A stretch of DNA of 64,000 nucleotides from Bacilli bacterium (GTDB taxonomy: Bacteria > Bacillota_I > Bacilli_A > RFN20 > CAG-449), in assembly GCA_900755065.1 (NCBI GenBank), contig CAAEFC010000012.1, forward strand, positions 198 through 64,197, written 5' to 3'. Under the pieces are notes generated by a model. The model was not told the origin of the DNA. It did not search any database and worked only from the letters and a program-made list of their open reading frames with translations. The translations under genes and the position numbers were made by a program. Of this stretch, positions 10,176-18,562 are shown in pieces. Numbering within the stretch: position 1 is the stretch's first letter; every line of letters starts with the position of its first letter.

Positions 10176-10595
10176 TTACTCTATATCGAAATTTTCTGTC
10201 TTTAAATCACAATAATATCGACCGCTTGTAGCAGTAAATTTTAAAACACAGTAGTCCGGATCTGTTACGCCTTTTTTATAAAACATTGTATCTCCTGTTT
10301 TCCAGATTCGATTTTTCGTTTCTTGGTCCGTTAATACTTCCATATTTCCTTTTAACATAACGCCGACATACTTCATTAGTCCTTTATGATAAAAGTATAT
10401 ACTCGCACTAGAATTTTTTTGATATTGCTTTACTCTCATAGAAAAAGTATTGGTAGAAAAATAAAATTCTTTTAATCCATTTCTCTTTCTGGGTTTTAGC
10501 ATGGCTTTTACATTCGGATAGTTTTCATGATCCACCGAACATATAAAACTAACTTTTTGCTTATCGATAAACTTTTCAATTTTCTTTAAATCCAT
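10176..10595 (-). CDS. Pyridoxamine 5'-phosphate oxidase-like FMN-binding protein (general stress protein 26-like)
   Basis: ORF track, 139 aa. Size and pattern (SVDHENYPNVKAM...FYFSTN..S.K..Q...N) are typical of the PNPOx-like split-barrel family. Confidence 0.6.
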   Translation of the reverse strand: MDLKKIEKFIDKQKVSFICSVDHENYPNVKAMLKPRKRNGLKEFYFSTNTFSMRVKQYQKNSSASIYFYHKGLMKYVGVMLKGNMEVLTDQETKNRIWKTGDTMFYKKGVTDPDYCVLKFTATSGRYYCDLKTENFDIE

Positions 10596-10640
10596 AAAGC
10601 CTCATCTCCTTTTCAGATACTCTTTTTAATTTATCAGATA

Positions 10641-11981
10641 TTACAGGAACATTGTCATATAAATTGGCAAACAAAGCAGTTCACCCTCTTTTCGTAGATC
10701 CTTTGTATACACTAAATATCTTTGTCCTGTTTTACCCGAAAACTTATTTGCAAAAGCATCGATAGATGCGTGTGTCTTATATCCTGATGATTTGACCTCA
10801 ATCGGACATATTTTATTCCTATTCGCAATCAAAAAATCAATTTCATAGTTATGACTTGAATTTAGTTTAGGAAATGTATAGTAAAACAACTTATGCCCCG
10901 TTGCATATAACATTTGAGCGACCATATTCTCATACAAATATCCTAGATCGGTATCGAGTTTGTCACTCAAAAGTTTCTCATAGATTAGGTTTTCGGTAAA
11001 ATCTTTATCCATAAACGCCAGCGTAGTAAATAATCCTGTATCGCCAACAAACAGTTTATATCTTCCGATATCTTCATGTAAGGACATTCCTGCACTTGGG
11101 TCGTTTGCATGATAAGCAATATTAACCGTTAAAGAATCTTTCATATCTGCAATGATTCCGAGTACACGATCCGGTTTTTCATTTGCTATGACGCTCGATA
11201 CTTGATATCTTGATGCATTTTTTGCAAGTTCTGACGGAATAGCCGAAAACATCAATGAGGCTCTCCCTGTAGAATCTATTTTTCTAAAATCATCTTGATA
11301 GAGTTCTAGAATAGAGCGTTTCACCTGATCCACCTTGCTAAAATTATTTGTATCAATATATTCATTTACGGCTTGAGGCATCCCCCCAACCAACATATAT
11401 AATCGAAAGTCACGCATCATTCTACGATTGACATCATCACCTAATGGGAGTTTGTTTTCAAAAGCAGTTCGTAGCATAGGTATCATTACTTTATCTCCAA
11501 GTGCCCAACGAAACTCCTCGTAATCCATAGGAACCATTTCAATTCTTGTTTCTTCACTTGGAATAACGATATTCTCAACATTCTTTTTGATAGATAGTAA
11601 CGAGCCAGTTTCAATATAATCATATCTTCCGTCTTTCACTAAATGCTTAATGGCCTGTCTGGCAAGAGGTTCTCGTTGAACTTCATCAAAAATAATAACG
11701 GACTTCCTTTTTTCCAAATTCACATGATAAATCAGTTGAAGCCGCAAAAATAAATAATTCAAGTCCGATAAATCTTGAAATAAATAATGCACTTCCTTAG
11801 GTGCAATAGAAAAATCGATAAGGATATAACTCGAATACTCTTTTTGAGCAAATTCTTCTGCTATCGTGGATTTACCGACCCGTCTTGCACCTTTTATTAA
11901 AAGTGCTGTTTTTCCATTAGAATCTCTTTTCCAATCTAACATTTTTTGGTATATCTTTCGTTCAAAAATTCTTTTAACCAT
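10641..11981 (-). CDS. AAA+ ATPase with a DUF4143-type C-terminal domain
   Basis: Walker A in LLIKGARRVGKST, Walker B in VIIFDEVQ. The C-terminal half resembles DUF4143 (EIDFL...PIEVKS). Start at ATG 11981 (RBS GGGAGA). The ORF-track TTG at 12035 lies inside the promoter repeat. Confidence 0.75.
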   Translation of the reverse strand: MVKRIFERKIYQKMLDWKRDSNGKTALLIKGARRVGKSTIAEEFAQKEYSSYILIDFSIAPKEVHYLFQDLSDLNYLFLRLQLIYHVNLEKRKSVIIFDEVQREPLARQAIKHLVKDGRYDYIETGSLLSIKKNVENIVIPSEETRIEMVPMDYEEFRWALGDKVMIPMLRTAFENKLPLGDDVNRRMMRDFRLYMLVGGMPQAVNEYIDTNNFSKVDQVKRSILELYQDDFRKIDSTGRASLMFSAIPSELAKNASRYQVSSVIANEKPDRVLGIIADMKDSLTVNIAYHANDPSAGMSLHEDIGRYKLFVGDTGLFTTLAFMDKDFTENLIYEKLLSDKLDTDLGYLYENMVAQMLYATGHKLFYYTFPKLNSSHNYEIDFLIANRNKICPIEVKSSGYKTHASIDAFANKFSGKTGQRYLVYTKDLRKEGELLCLPIYMTMFL

Positions 11982-12006
11982 CTTAATGTCTCCCGTATCC
12001 AAAATT

Positions 12007-12035
12007 ATTATAGGATAATTTGCCGAAAATTTCAA
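12007..12035 (-). promoter_or_regulatory. Near-consensus sigma-A promoter of the AAA ATPase gene
   Basis: The minus strand reads TTGAAA (12035-12030), a 17-nt spacer, then TATAAT (12012-12007), about 25 nt upstream of ATG 11981. The -35 element lies inside repeat unit 1. Confidence 0.6.
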
Positions 12036-12100
12036 TTTTTATAATTGCATATATGCCGAAAATTTCAAAATATAAAAACGCTATTTTGCCGAAAATTTCA
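12021..12100. repeat. Three identical 14-bp direct repeats (TGCCGAAAATTTCA) with exact 33-bp phasing
   Basis: Copies at 12021-12034, 12054-12067 and 12087-12100. Each contains the odd palindrome GAAAATTTC. Confidence 0.9.
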
Positions 12101-12168
12101 TTTTTTGCAAGTCAGTGGATTTTATAAAAAATCCTCGATTTTTTTGTATCAAATCTGTATCACTTTCA

Positions 12169-12202
12169 GAAAAAAACGTATATATACAAAGTATATATAC
12201 GT
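12169..12202 (-). terminator. Rho-independent terminator of ssrA
   Basis: Perfect 12-bp inverted repeat ACGTATATATAC-aaa-GTATATATACGT, followed on the minus strand by T7. It starts 11 nt after the tmRNA CCA end. Confidence 0.8.
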
Positions 12203-12213
12203 TAATCGCCTTT

Positions 12214-12588
12214 TGGTGGAGATGAGGAGAATCGAACTCCTGTCCGAAACAGATCCCATATAAGCCCCTACAGTTTAGTCAGCCATGCGCCTTCATCAGG
12301 AGCGGGATCGGCTGACGGATCGACTCCTGACTAACCTATGCTGTTTTCGAATCCGCCTTATAGATATCGACGGACCTTATTCTCTGAATCTTACACCTGT
12401 CCGCGACCCAGAGACCCGATCGCGGAAGATGCCTCGCATTCCCGATACGGGAACATCATCGATGGCTTAAACTAGCAAGCTGCGTAGGAAAGTTGAGATC
12501 TGTTGCCAGATATTGTTTTTTGGTCTTTGACGCGACCACCCGACTGCGCCTTATACCTTACCTGTCCCGTCGAAACCGGAACATCCCC
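12214..12588 (-). ncRNA. ssrA: tmRNA (SsrA), about 375 nt
   Basis: The minus strand starts GGGGATGTTCCGGTTTCGACGGGACAGG and ends GGACAGGAGTTCGATTCTCCTCATCTCCACCA, giving the tRNA-like acceptor/T-arm with encoded CCA. The internal tag-ORF context ...AACAATATCT GGC AAC AGA... resembles the Bacillus resume context. Confidence 0.92.
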
Positions 12589-12670
12589 AAGTTGCATAGA
12601 GCATTATCACTATACCACGAATAGTTTATGCCTTCAAGCCCCTTTTTTTCCTTTTTCGCGGCAAAAGATG

Positions 12671-12697
12671 GAAAAAAGGAGAGATTTCTCCCTCCTT
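12671..12697 (-). terminator. Terminator after mscL
   Basis: The minus strand reads GGAGGGAGAAATCTCTCC followed by T6, about 20 nt after the mscL stop. Confidence 0.55.
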
Positions 12698-12717
12698 TCG
12701 ATTCGATTTTTCTCTGT

Positions 12718-13320
12718 TTATTTCTTGGCCAGCAGATCTCTGATTTCCAAAAGCAGAGACTCCGTGGTTGGTTTTGCCGCTTCGGCTTCCGCTAAAAGGC
12801 GCGCTGCTTCCGCTTCTTTGGCTTTCTGTTCCGCTTCGGCGCATTCTCTTTCTTCTTCCGCTTTCAGGAATTGCACTTCTTTCTTGGAAAGTTTTCTTCC
12901 CTTTTGCTGTTTGTACTCGATGCGCAATTTCATGTCTTTCAGGTTTTTCCCCGAATCCGATAAGGTATTTAATGCCTTAACGATGCAGAAAAGGACGAAG
13001 GCGATCAAAATAAAATTGATGATCGCGTTGATGAACGCCCCCCAGTCGATATAGATCGATTGACTCAGATCGACCGTTTTGACCATAACGCCGTTGACTT
13101 CGGTTTCCACTTCGACTTTTTTCAGATAGGTGAAAACCTCACTGAGGGAATTCTGCCCCAGAATCAACGCCAGCACCCAGTTGATGATCGGTTTGAGAAT
13201 GTGATCGCTCAGCGCCGTAACGATCGCGGTAAACGCGCCGCCGACGATCACACCGACGGCCATGTCCATGACATTCCCCCGAGTGATGAAAGTCTTGAAT
13301 TCTTTAAAAAATTTCTTCAT
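12718..13320 (-). CDS. mscL: Large-conductance mechanosensitive channel MscL with an extended charged linker
   Basis: The N-terminus FKTFITRGNVMDMAVGVIVGGAF and C-terminus ESLLLEIRDLLAKK match MscL. It is 200 aa versus about 130-150 usually. Confidence 0.85.
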   Translation of the reverse strand: MKKFFKEFKTFITRGNVMDMAVGVIVGGAFTAIVTALSDHILKPIINWVLALILGQNSLSEVFTYLKKVEVETEVNGVMVKTVDLSQSIYIDWGAFINAIINFILIAFVLFCIVKALNTLSDSGKNLKDMKLRIEYKQQKGRKLSKKEVQFLKAEEERECAEAEQKAKEAEAARLLAEAEAAKPTTESLLLEIRDLLAKK

Positions 13321-13522
13321 TTTCTTATATCCTCTTTCCGAAAGTATTGTACATCATTTCCATGCGCAAACAAATACTATCCCGACGAGTTTTTTGAAAA
13401 AAATCAAAAAAACAGTCGATGAAAGCATTTTCAATCCGTTTTTCCTTTGACCTTTTTAAAAAAAGATGCACATTTTTTTGTTTGTGTTATAATGAATAGC
13501 ATCACCGGACAAGGAGATCAGA

Positions 13523-14086
13523 ATGCGAAAAATAGTTTTAACCGAGGAAGAAATTCACTCTATTTGCAGACTCATCGGACAGCAAATTTCCACCCGTTAT
13601 CGTTTCAACGATCACCCTCCCGTTTTGGTTGGAGTGATGAAAGGCGCGGTTCCTTTTCTGATGGATCTTGTTCAGGAAATCGACATTCCGTTACAATACG
13701 ACTTCGTTCAGGTCAGCAGTTACAACGGCACCGAATCGACCGGGACGGTCGTCCTGAAAAGCGACGTGACCCTCGATATCCGCGATCGGGATATCGTCAT
13801 CGTCGAAGACATTGTCGACTCCGGCATTTCGATGGTCTATCTGGTCGATCATCTCACAAAGAAATACCAGCCGAAATCGATCGTTACCGTCGCGCTTCTA
13901 GACAAGAAGTGCAACCGCAAGGTTCCGTTTGAACTGGATTACTGCGGAAAAGAAGTCGGCGAAGGATTTCTGATGGGTTACGGTCTGGACTATCACGACC
14001 TTTATCGCAACACCAAATACGTCTTTATTCCCGATCAGGAAGAAATCGATTCGTGGAATCGGATTCTGAACCTTCCGTCGGATTGA
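13523..14086 (+). CDS. hpt: Hypoxanthine phosphoribosyltransferase
   Basis: ORF track, 187 aa. PRPP-binding motif IVIVEDIVDSG, plus LVGVMKGAVPF and GYGLDY. Confidence 0.9.
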   Translation: MRKIVLTEEEIHSICRLIGQQISTRYRFNDHPPVLVGVMKGAVPFLMDLVQEIDIPLQYDFVQVSSYNGTESTGTVVLKSDVTLDIRDRDIVIVEDIVDSGISMVYLVDHLTKKYQPKSIVTVALLDKKCNRKVPFELDYCGKEVGEGFLMGYGLDYHDLYRNTKYVFIPDQEEIDSWNRILNLPSD

Positions 14087-14088
14087 AA

Positions 14089-14115
14089 CCGTAGGCTTTG
14101 CCTGCGGCTTTTTTA
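14089..14115 (+). terminator. Terminator after hpt
   Basis: CCGTAGG-ctttg-CCTGCGG (one G-U pair) followed by CTTTTTTATTT. The T-run overlaps the tyrS stop codon on the other strand. Confidence 0.55.
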
Positions 14116-15336
14116 TTTCGCCGCGGCAACCTTTTTGAAACTCTTTTTCCCTTTTCGGACGACAAAAGTCTTTTCGATCGATTCCGGAGAAATCTTCGCT
14201 TTCGGGTCGGTGATTTTTTCTCCGTCGATGCTGATTCCGCCTTGTTCGACATTTCTTCTGGCATCTCCTCTGGACGAAGCGAGTTCGCACCGGATCAAAA
14301 GATCGCAGAGATCGATCCCGTCGCTTCCGATCTCCGACAGATTCAAATACACCGTCGGAATCTCCGCCTGTTCGCCGTTTCCGAACAACGCGCGCGAAGC
14401 GTCAAGCGCTTGTCTGGCTTTTTCTTCGCCGTGAATCAACTTCGTCAGTTCGTAGGCCAGGATTTCTTTTGCTTTATTCAATTGCGCGCCTTCCCAGCGT
14501 TCCATTTCGCGGATTTCTTCGATCGGCACGAATGTCAGGACTTTCAGGCACTTGACGACATCTTTGTCATCGGTATTCCGCCAGTACTGGAAGAATTCGT
14601 ATGGCGTCGTCTTGTTTTCGTCGAGCCAGACCGCGCCCGAAGACGTTTTTCCCATTTTCTTTCCTTCGCTGTTGAGAAGGAGATTGATCGTCAGAGCATG
14701 CGAATCTTTTCCGGTCTTCTTCCGGATCAGTTCCGTGCCGCCCAGCATATTCGACCATTGATCGTCGCCGCCGAATTCGAGGTTGCACCCGTAATGAGTG
14801 AACAGATAGTAAAAATCGTAGGATTGCATGATCATGTAGTTGAATTCCAGAAAAGTCAACCCTCGTTCCATTCTTTGCTTGTAGCATTCCGCGCTCAGCA
14901 TCTTGTTCACCGAGAAACAACTTCCGACATCGCGGATAAAGTCGATGTAGTTCAGGTTTTCCAGCCAGTCGGCGTTATTTAGCAAAAGCGCCTTTCCGTT
15001 TGAAAAGTCGATGAAGCGTTCCATCTGTTTCCGGAAACAGGCGATGTTGTGCGCGATGTCTTCCTTGCTCAGCATCTTCCTCAGATCGTTTCTCCCGGTA
15101 GGATCGCCGATCAGCCCGGTTCCTCCGCCCATGACGGCGATCGGTTTGTTTCCCGCCATCTGCAAGCGTTTCATCAAGGACAGCGTCATAAAATGCCCGA
15201 CGTGCAGGCTGTCCGCAGTCGGATCGAACCCGATGTAAAACGTCGCTTTCCCCGCGTTGACCAGTTTTCTGATTTCTTCCTCGTCGGTCGTCTGGGCGAT
15301 CAGACCCCGTTCCTGCAATTCTTCGTAAACTCCCAT
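14113..15336 (-). CDS. tyrS: Tyrosyl-tRNA synthetase
   Basis: HIGH motif (LHVGH), KMSKS-type KMGKT, and a C-terminal S4-like domain. Start at MGVYEELQERGLI (ATG 15336) has a GGGAGGAG RBS. Confidence 0.93.
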   Translation of the reverse strand: MGVYEELQERGLIAQTTDEEEIRKLVNAGKATFYIGFDPTADSLHVGHFMTLSLMKRLQMAGNKPIAVMGGGTGLIGDPTGRNDLRKMLSKEDIAHNIACFRKQMERFIDFSNGKALLLNNADWLENLNYIDFIRDVGSCFSVNKMLSAECYKQRMERGLTFLEFNYMIMQSYDFYYLFTHYGCNLEFGGDDQWSNMLGGTELIRKKTGKDSHALTINLLLNSEGKKMGKTSSGAVWLDENKTTPYEFFQYWRNTDDKDVVKCLKVLTFVPIEEIREMERWEGAQLNKAKEILAYELTKLIHGEEKARQALDASRALFGNGEQAEIPTVYLNLSEIGSDGIDLCDLLIRCELASSRGDARRNVEQGGISIDGEKITDPKAKISPESIEKTFVVRKGKKSFKKVAAAK

Positions 15337-15344
15337 TTTTTTCT

Positions 15345-15575
15345 CCTCCCAATAAAAAACGTCCCCGAACATAAGGACGAAATTTTCGTGTTACCACCTT
15401 ACTTCGCCGTCCGCTCGCGCGAACGACCTCAGCGAGTCGTTGACTCATACGATAACGGGTATCAGCCGTCGGAATCTACTCTTCGTTCGATTCCGCTCTC
15501 GAAGGCGTATTCGCGATCCGATCATCGTGCCTTTCACCGTCCGGCACTTCTCTGAAATGCTCCGAATCCTTACTT
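15345..15575 (-). promoter_or_regulatory. T-box leader with Tyr (UAC) specifier, controlling tyrS
   Basis: The minus strand shows a stem I base with AGAGA/GUGAAAG motifs and a specifier-loop context GCGAA-UAC-GCC. It also has the T-box sequence AGGUGGUAACACG, then CGTCC...GGACG plus T6 immediately before the tyrS RBS. Confidence 0.75.
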
Positions 15576-15635
15576 TTCCTTCTCGTCGATTTCCATATAT
15601 ATATATACGTTATTTTACCGCAAAACGCTCTTTTG

Positions 15636-16202
15636 TCAATCTTTTTTCTCGTTCATCAGATGATTTTCCTGCTGGTCTTTCATTTCGGTAAACCGCGCAT
15701 AGTATTTTCTCATCGCCTCGTCGTCGAACGGAAAAAGTCCTTCGCTCATCAGCACTTTGCACTTTTCGTTCGCGTGTTTGACCACGATGTCCAGATCAGC
15801 GGAATAGGCGTACTTTTTCCGATGATACTCGTACTCTTTCCGATCCAATTCGATGATATTCTTATCCGGCATCAGTTTCAGATCCAGATCGTAATCGATG
15901 TACTTGATGCAATCCCGGTCGATCAAAGACGGAGAAGCGATATTGCAATAGTAGATAATCGCGTTTTTTTTGAACATCGCGACCAGATTGTACCATTCGT
16001 GAAAGAAAAAGACCGATACGGCCGGTTCTCTCGTATACCATCGCCGACCGTCGCTTTCGATGACTTTGGTGCAGTTGGAAACGATGACGATTCTTTCGTC
16101 GGTCGCTTCGACGACCATCGCGGTATCCCACGTGCGGTGCAAAGTGCGATCGTGCTTGTAACTCTGCACGTGAATCCATTTGCCGACATAATCGCGATTC
16201 AT
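15636..16202 (-). CDS. DUF402 family protein (nucleoside tri/diphosphate phosphatase Ntdp-like, UPF0374)
   Basis: KWIHVQSYKHDRTLHRTWD...YYCNIASP...IKYIDYDLDLK matches the DUF402/UPF0374 pattern. The start could be ATG 16202 or 16217. Confidence 0.7.
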   Translation of the reverse strand: MNRDYVGKWIHVQSYKHDRTLHRTWDTAMVVEATDERIVIVSNCTKVIESDGRRWYTREPAVSVFFFHEWYNLVAMFKKNAIIYYCNIASPSLIDRDCIKYIDYDLDLKLMPDKNIIELDRKEYEYHRKKYAYSADLDIVVKHANEKCKVLMSEGLFPFDDEAMRKYYARFTEMKDQQENHLMNEKKD

Positions 16203-16350
16203 CTTCCTCACCTGCACTTTCCGTTTCTATGATTATAGCAAATCGACCGTCGCTTTTAAATAATCTTGCCCGTTTCGGTCGAATTTGTCCGCCGGTAATC
16301 CGTTGATAGAGCGGCTTGCCCTTTGGTCTAGAAAAAAAGAAGAATCTCCC

Positions 16351-17442
16351 TTACCCGACGTTTTCTTCCGGCTTCCGATAATTCTTGTTGGAAAGAAGCG
16401 ACGCGATCAGATTCTTGATTAAGTCCAGATCGTTTTTCAGATGATCGATTCCCCGACCGTCTACTTCGTTTTCATACGGAATCGTCATATAATCCCGGGT
16501 CAGGGACAGCCCGATGTAAACGCCTTTCCCCGAAATCGAAACGATGATATCCTCGACGACATCGTCGATGACGAAACGATTCAGAAGTTCCGCCGTCTTT
16601 TTGCCGATCATCCCTTCCGGACGATCGAACGAAGAAAAGACCTTGAATTCTTTTTTCAGATCTTTCAGTTCGACTTCTTCCATTCCCTGCAATTCGGTCG
16701 GAAATCCGTCTCCGCAACCTTTCAGATATAGATACATCTTTCCGCTTTTCTTGCATTCCAGATCGAAATGAAAGAGTTTTCCCGCGAAAAGAGCGCTCTG
16801 ATTCTTTTTATTTCCGCTGTCGCCGGTGACGATTTTGACTTCCGCGCAAGTAAAACCGACGCCGAACATCGCCCCTTTCACGATATCGCGCGAGGGCGCA
16901 TCGACGATGTTTTCGTAACAGCCCATCGCTTTGACTTCTTCCGGATCGATTTTGCTGTTGTAGGACATCGATAAATCGGAAATGCCCAACTGAAAATAAC
17001 AATAGGATTCGACCGCGAGGAAGTAGCGGTAACGGTACTCGTCGAACTGAATGCTTTTCTTTTTCTTCGCGGACTGAACCAGAAAGTAAGTGACCAGCAA
17101 GAACACGACGAAGACGACGATTAACGGCGTGAACAGCGTTCCCGTCAGTTTCGGATTGATCAGAAGAACGATCGCCAGAAGAAAGAAAATGCCCAGAAAC
17201 GAGAGCAGAATGATTTTTTTGATTTTGTCCTGCTGATTCGCATACGTCAAGAATCTCTCACGCGCGGCGTTGATTCTCGCTAACGTATCTTCTCTGGAAA
17301 TCACCGGTTCCGGAGAATAAAATTCGCCCGAAGGGACGACGCCGTCCGCTTTTTTGTTTTCGGGCTTCACATCGGTGAAGATTTTTTCTTCCTGCACGCA
17401 TTCGCTTTCCTGCCGGTTTTCCGCTTCTTTTTTTTCTTCCAT
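16351..17442 (-). CDS. Hypothetical membrane protein, possibly DUF3137-like
   Basis: ORF track, 363 aa. It has an acidic N-terminus, two adjacent TM helices, then a soluble domain with the GAMFGVGFTCAEVKI...ALFAGKLFHFDLECK pattern I associate with DUF3137. Confidence 0.6.
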   Translation of the reverse strand: MEEKKEAENRQESECVQEEKIFTDVKPENKKADGVVPSGEFYSPEPVISREDTLARINAARERFLTYANQQDKIKKIILLSFLGIFFLLAIVLLINPKLTGTLFTPLIVVFVVFLLVTYFLVQSAKKKKSIQFDEYRYRYFLAVESYCYFQLGISDLSMSYNSKIDPEEVKAMGCYENIVDAPSRDIVKGAMFGVGFTCAEVKIVTGDSGNKKNQSALFAGKLFHFDLECKKSGKMYLYLKGCGDGFPTELQGMEEVELKDLKKEFKVFSSFDRPEGMIGKKTAELLNRFVIDDVVEDIIVSISGKGVYIGLSLTRDYMTIPYENEVDGRGIDHLKNDLDLIKNLIASLLSNKNYRKPEENVG

Positions 17443-17513
17443 TGGGCTTGTCCTCTACCGCCTTATTATACCTTTTTTCCGAAAGAAACAAAACGGTTTC
17501 ATACGGAAAAGAA

Positions 17514-17927
17514 CTACTTTGTCTCTTTCTCGCCCTCGAATCCGACGAAGATGAAATAAATCAAGAGAAAAAGGGAAACGATTCCCAGATACAGATACGG
17601 CTGATACGAAGCGAATTCTTTTCCTTTGTTCATCGCTTTGAAAAAGACGCCCAACGGATAAAAACACGTCAGAGCCGTCGCGCATATGCCCGAAAAAGCG
17701 TAGATTCTGCGCTCGGAATCTTTTTTGACGATCAGAAGATAGACCGCATACGCGATGACGCACAGCGAAACCAGCATCGCGACAAGATAGTCTCCGTTGG
17801 AAGAGATGTCCGTTCCGTATTCATCCCGGTAAACCTCGAAACTACGGATAAAATAGACGAGCGAAAAGACGAAAGAAGCCAATCCTCCCGTAAGCAATGC
17901 CGCCTGCTTGAAACTTCTCTTTTTCAT
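17514..17927 (-). CDS. Hypothetical 4-TM membrane protein co-transcribed with thiT
   Basis: ORF track, 137 aa. Its ATG lies 1 nt after the thiT TGA, with AAGGAGG 9 nt upstream inside the thiT 3' end. It has four hydrophobic segments. Confidence 0.65.
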   Translation of the reverse strand: MKKRSFKQAALLTGGLASFVFSLVYFIRSFEVYRDEYGTDISSNGDYLVAMLVSLCVIAYAVYLLIVKKDSERRIYAFSGICATALTCFYPLGVFFKAMNKGKEFASYQPYLYLGIVSLFLLIYFIFVGFEGEKETK

Positions 17928-17928
17928 C

Positions 17929-18549
17929 TCATTCCGCCTCCTTTGCCAATTTGTTTTCTTCGATAAAGAAGAAATTCGGCTGTTTCCAGAAAATCAGCAC
18001 CAGAAGCAATCCGTTGACGACGATGTTGGGAAGCATATAGCCGCCGTTATAAACCAGACTGTAAACGGCCGGACCGCCTAAAAACCCTTCCGGACAGGAC
18101 GAAGTCCAGAAGATGACGCCGGCAAGATAATGGCAGAGCAATTTCAGCGCGCCGCCGAGAACCGTTCCGGCAGAAAGAAAGAGGATTTTCTCTTTCCGAC
18201 TTTCCGCATTTCTGAATTTCCCGGCGAATAAACCGGCAAAAGCCACGCAAGGATACGCCAGAATGTAATCCAGAAGGATCTGCAAGAAAACCATGTACCA
18301 GACGTCCGCGACCGCGTAAACGCCGCCGAGCATCTGCAAGAAACTCAACGCGAAGGCGGTGATGAGTCCGGCGACGAACCCGCGCCGATAGCAGATCAGA
18401 AGAATCGGCAACATCGCGATGCCGATCGATCCTCCGGAAGGAAACAACCCCCTGAAAATTCCCCCTTGAAGCGCGTCAAGGGCGAAAGCGATCGCGGCGA
18501 ATACGGCGATTTCCGTGATGACTTTCGTTGAAAACAAACTTTTTTTCAT
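17929..18549 (-). CDS. thiT: Thiamine ECF-transporter S component (ThiT/YuaJ family)
   Basis: Six-TM protein with a ThiT-like pattern (TEIAVFAAIAFAL..., PILLICYRRGFVAGL, HYLAGVIFW). It sits directly downstream of a TPP riboswitch. Confidence 0.8.
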   Translation of the reverse strand: MKKSLFSTKVITEIAVFAAIAFALDALQGGIFRGLFPSGGSIGIAMLPILLICYRRGFVAGLITAFALSFLQMLGGVYAVADVWYMVFLQILLDYILAYPCVAFAGLFAGKFRNAESRKEKILFLSAGTVLGGALKLLCHYLAGVIFWTSSCPEGFLGGPAVYSLVYNGGYMLPNIVVNGLLLVLIFWKQPNFFFIEENKLAKEAE

Positions 18550-18562
18550 ACTTTCACCTCAA

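Noticed and set aside
12045-13054. Plus-strand ORFs 12045-12263, 12285-12470 and 12503-13054
   Set aside because: They run through the repeat/promoter region, the tmRNA gene and antisense to mscL. The tmRNA and mscL assignments explain the sequence.
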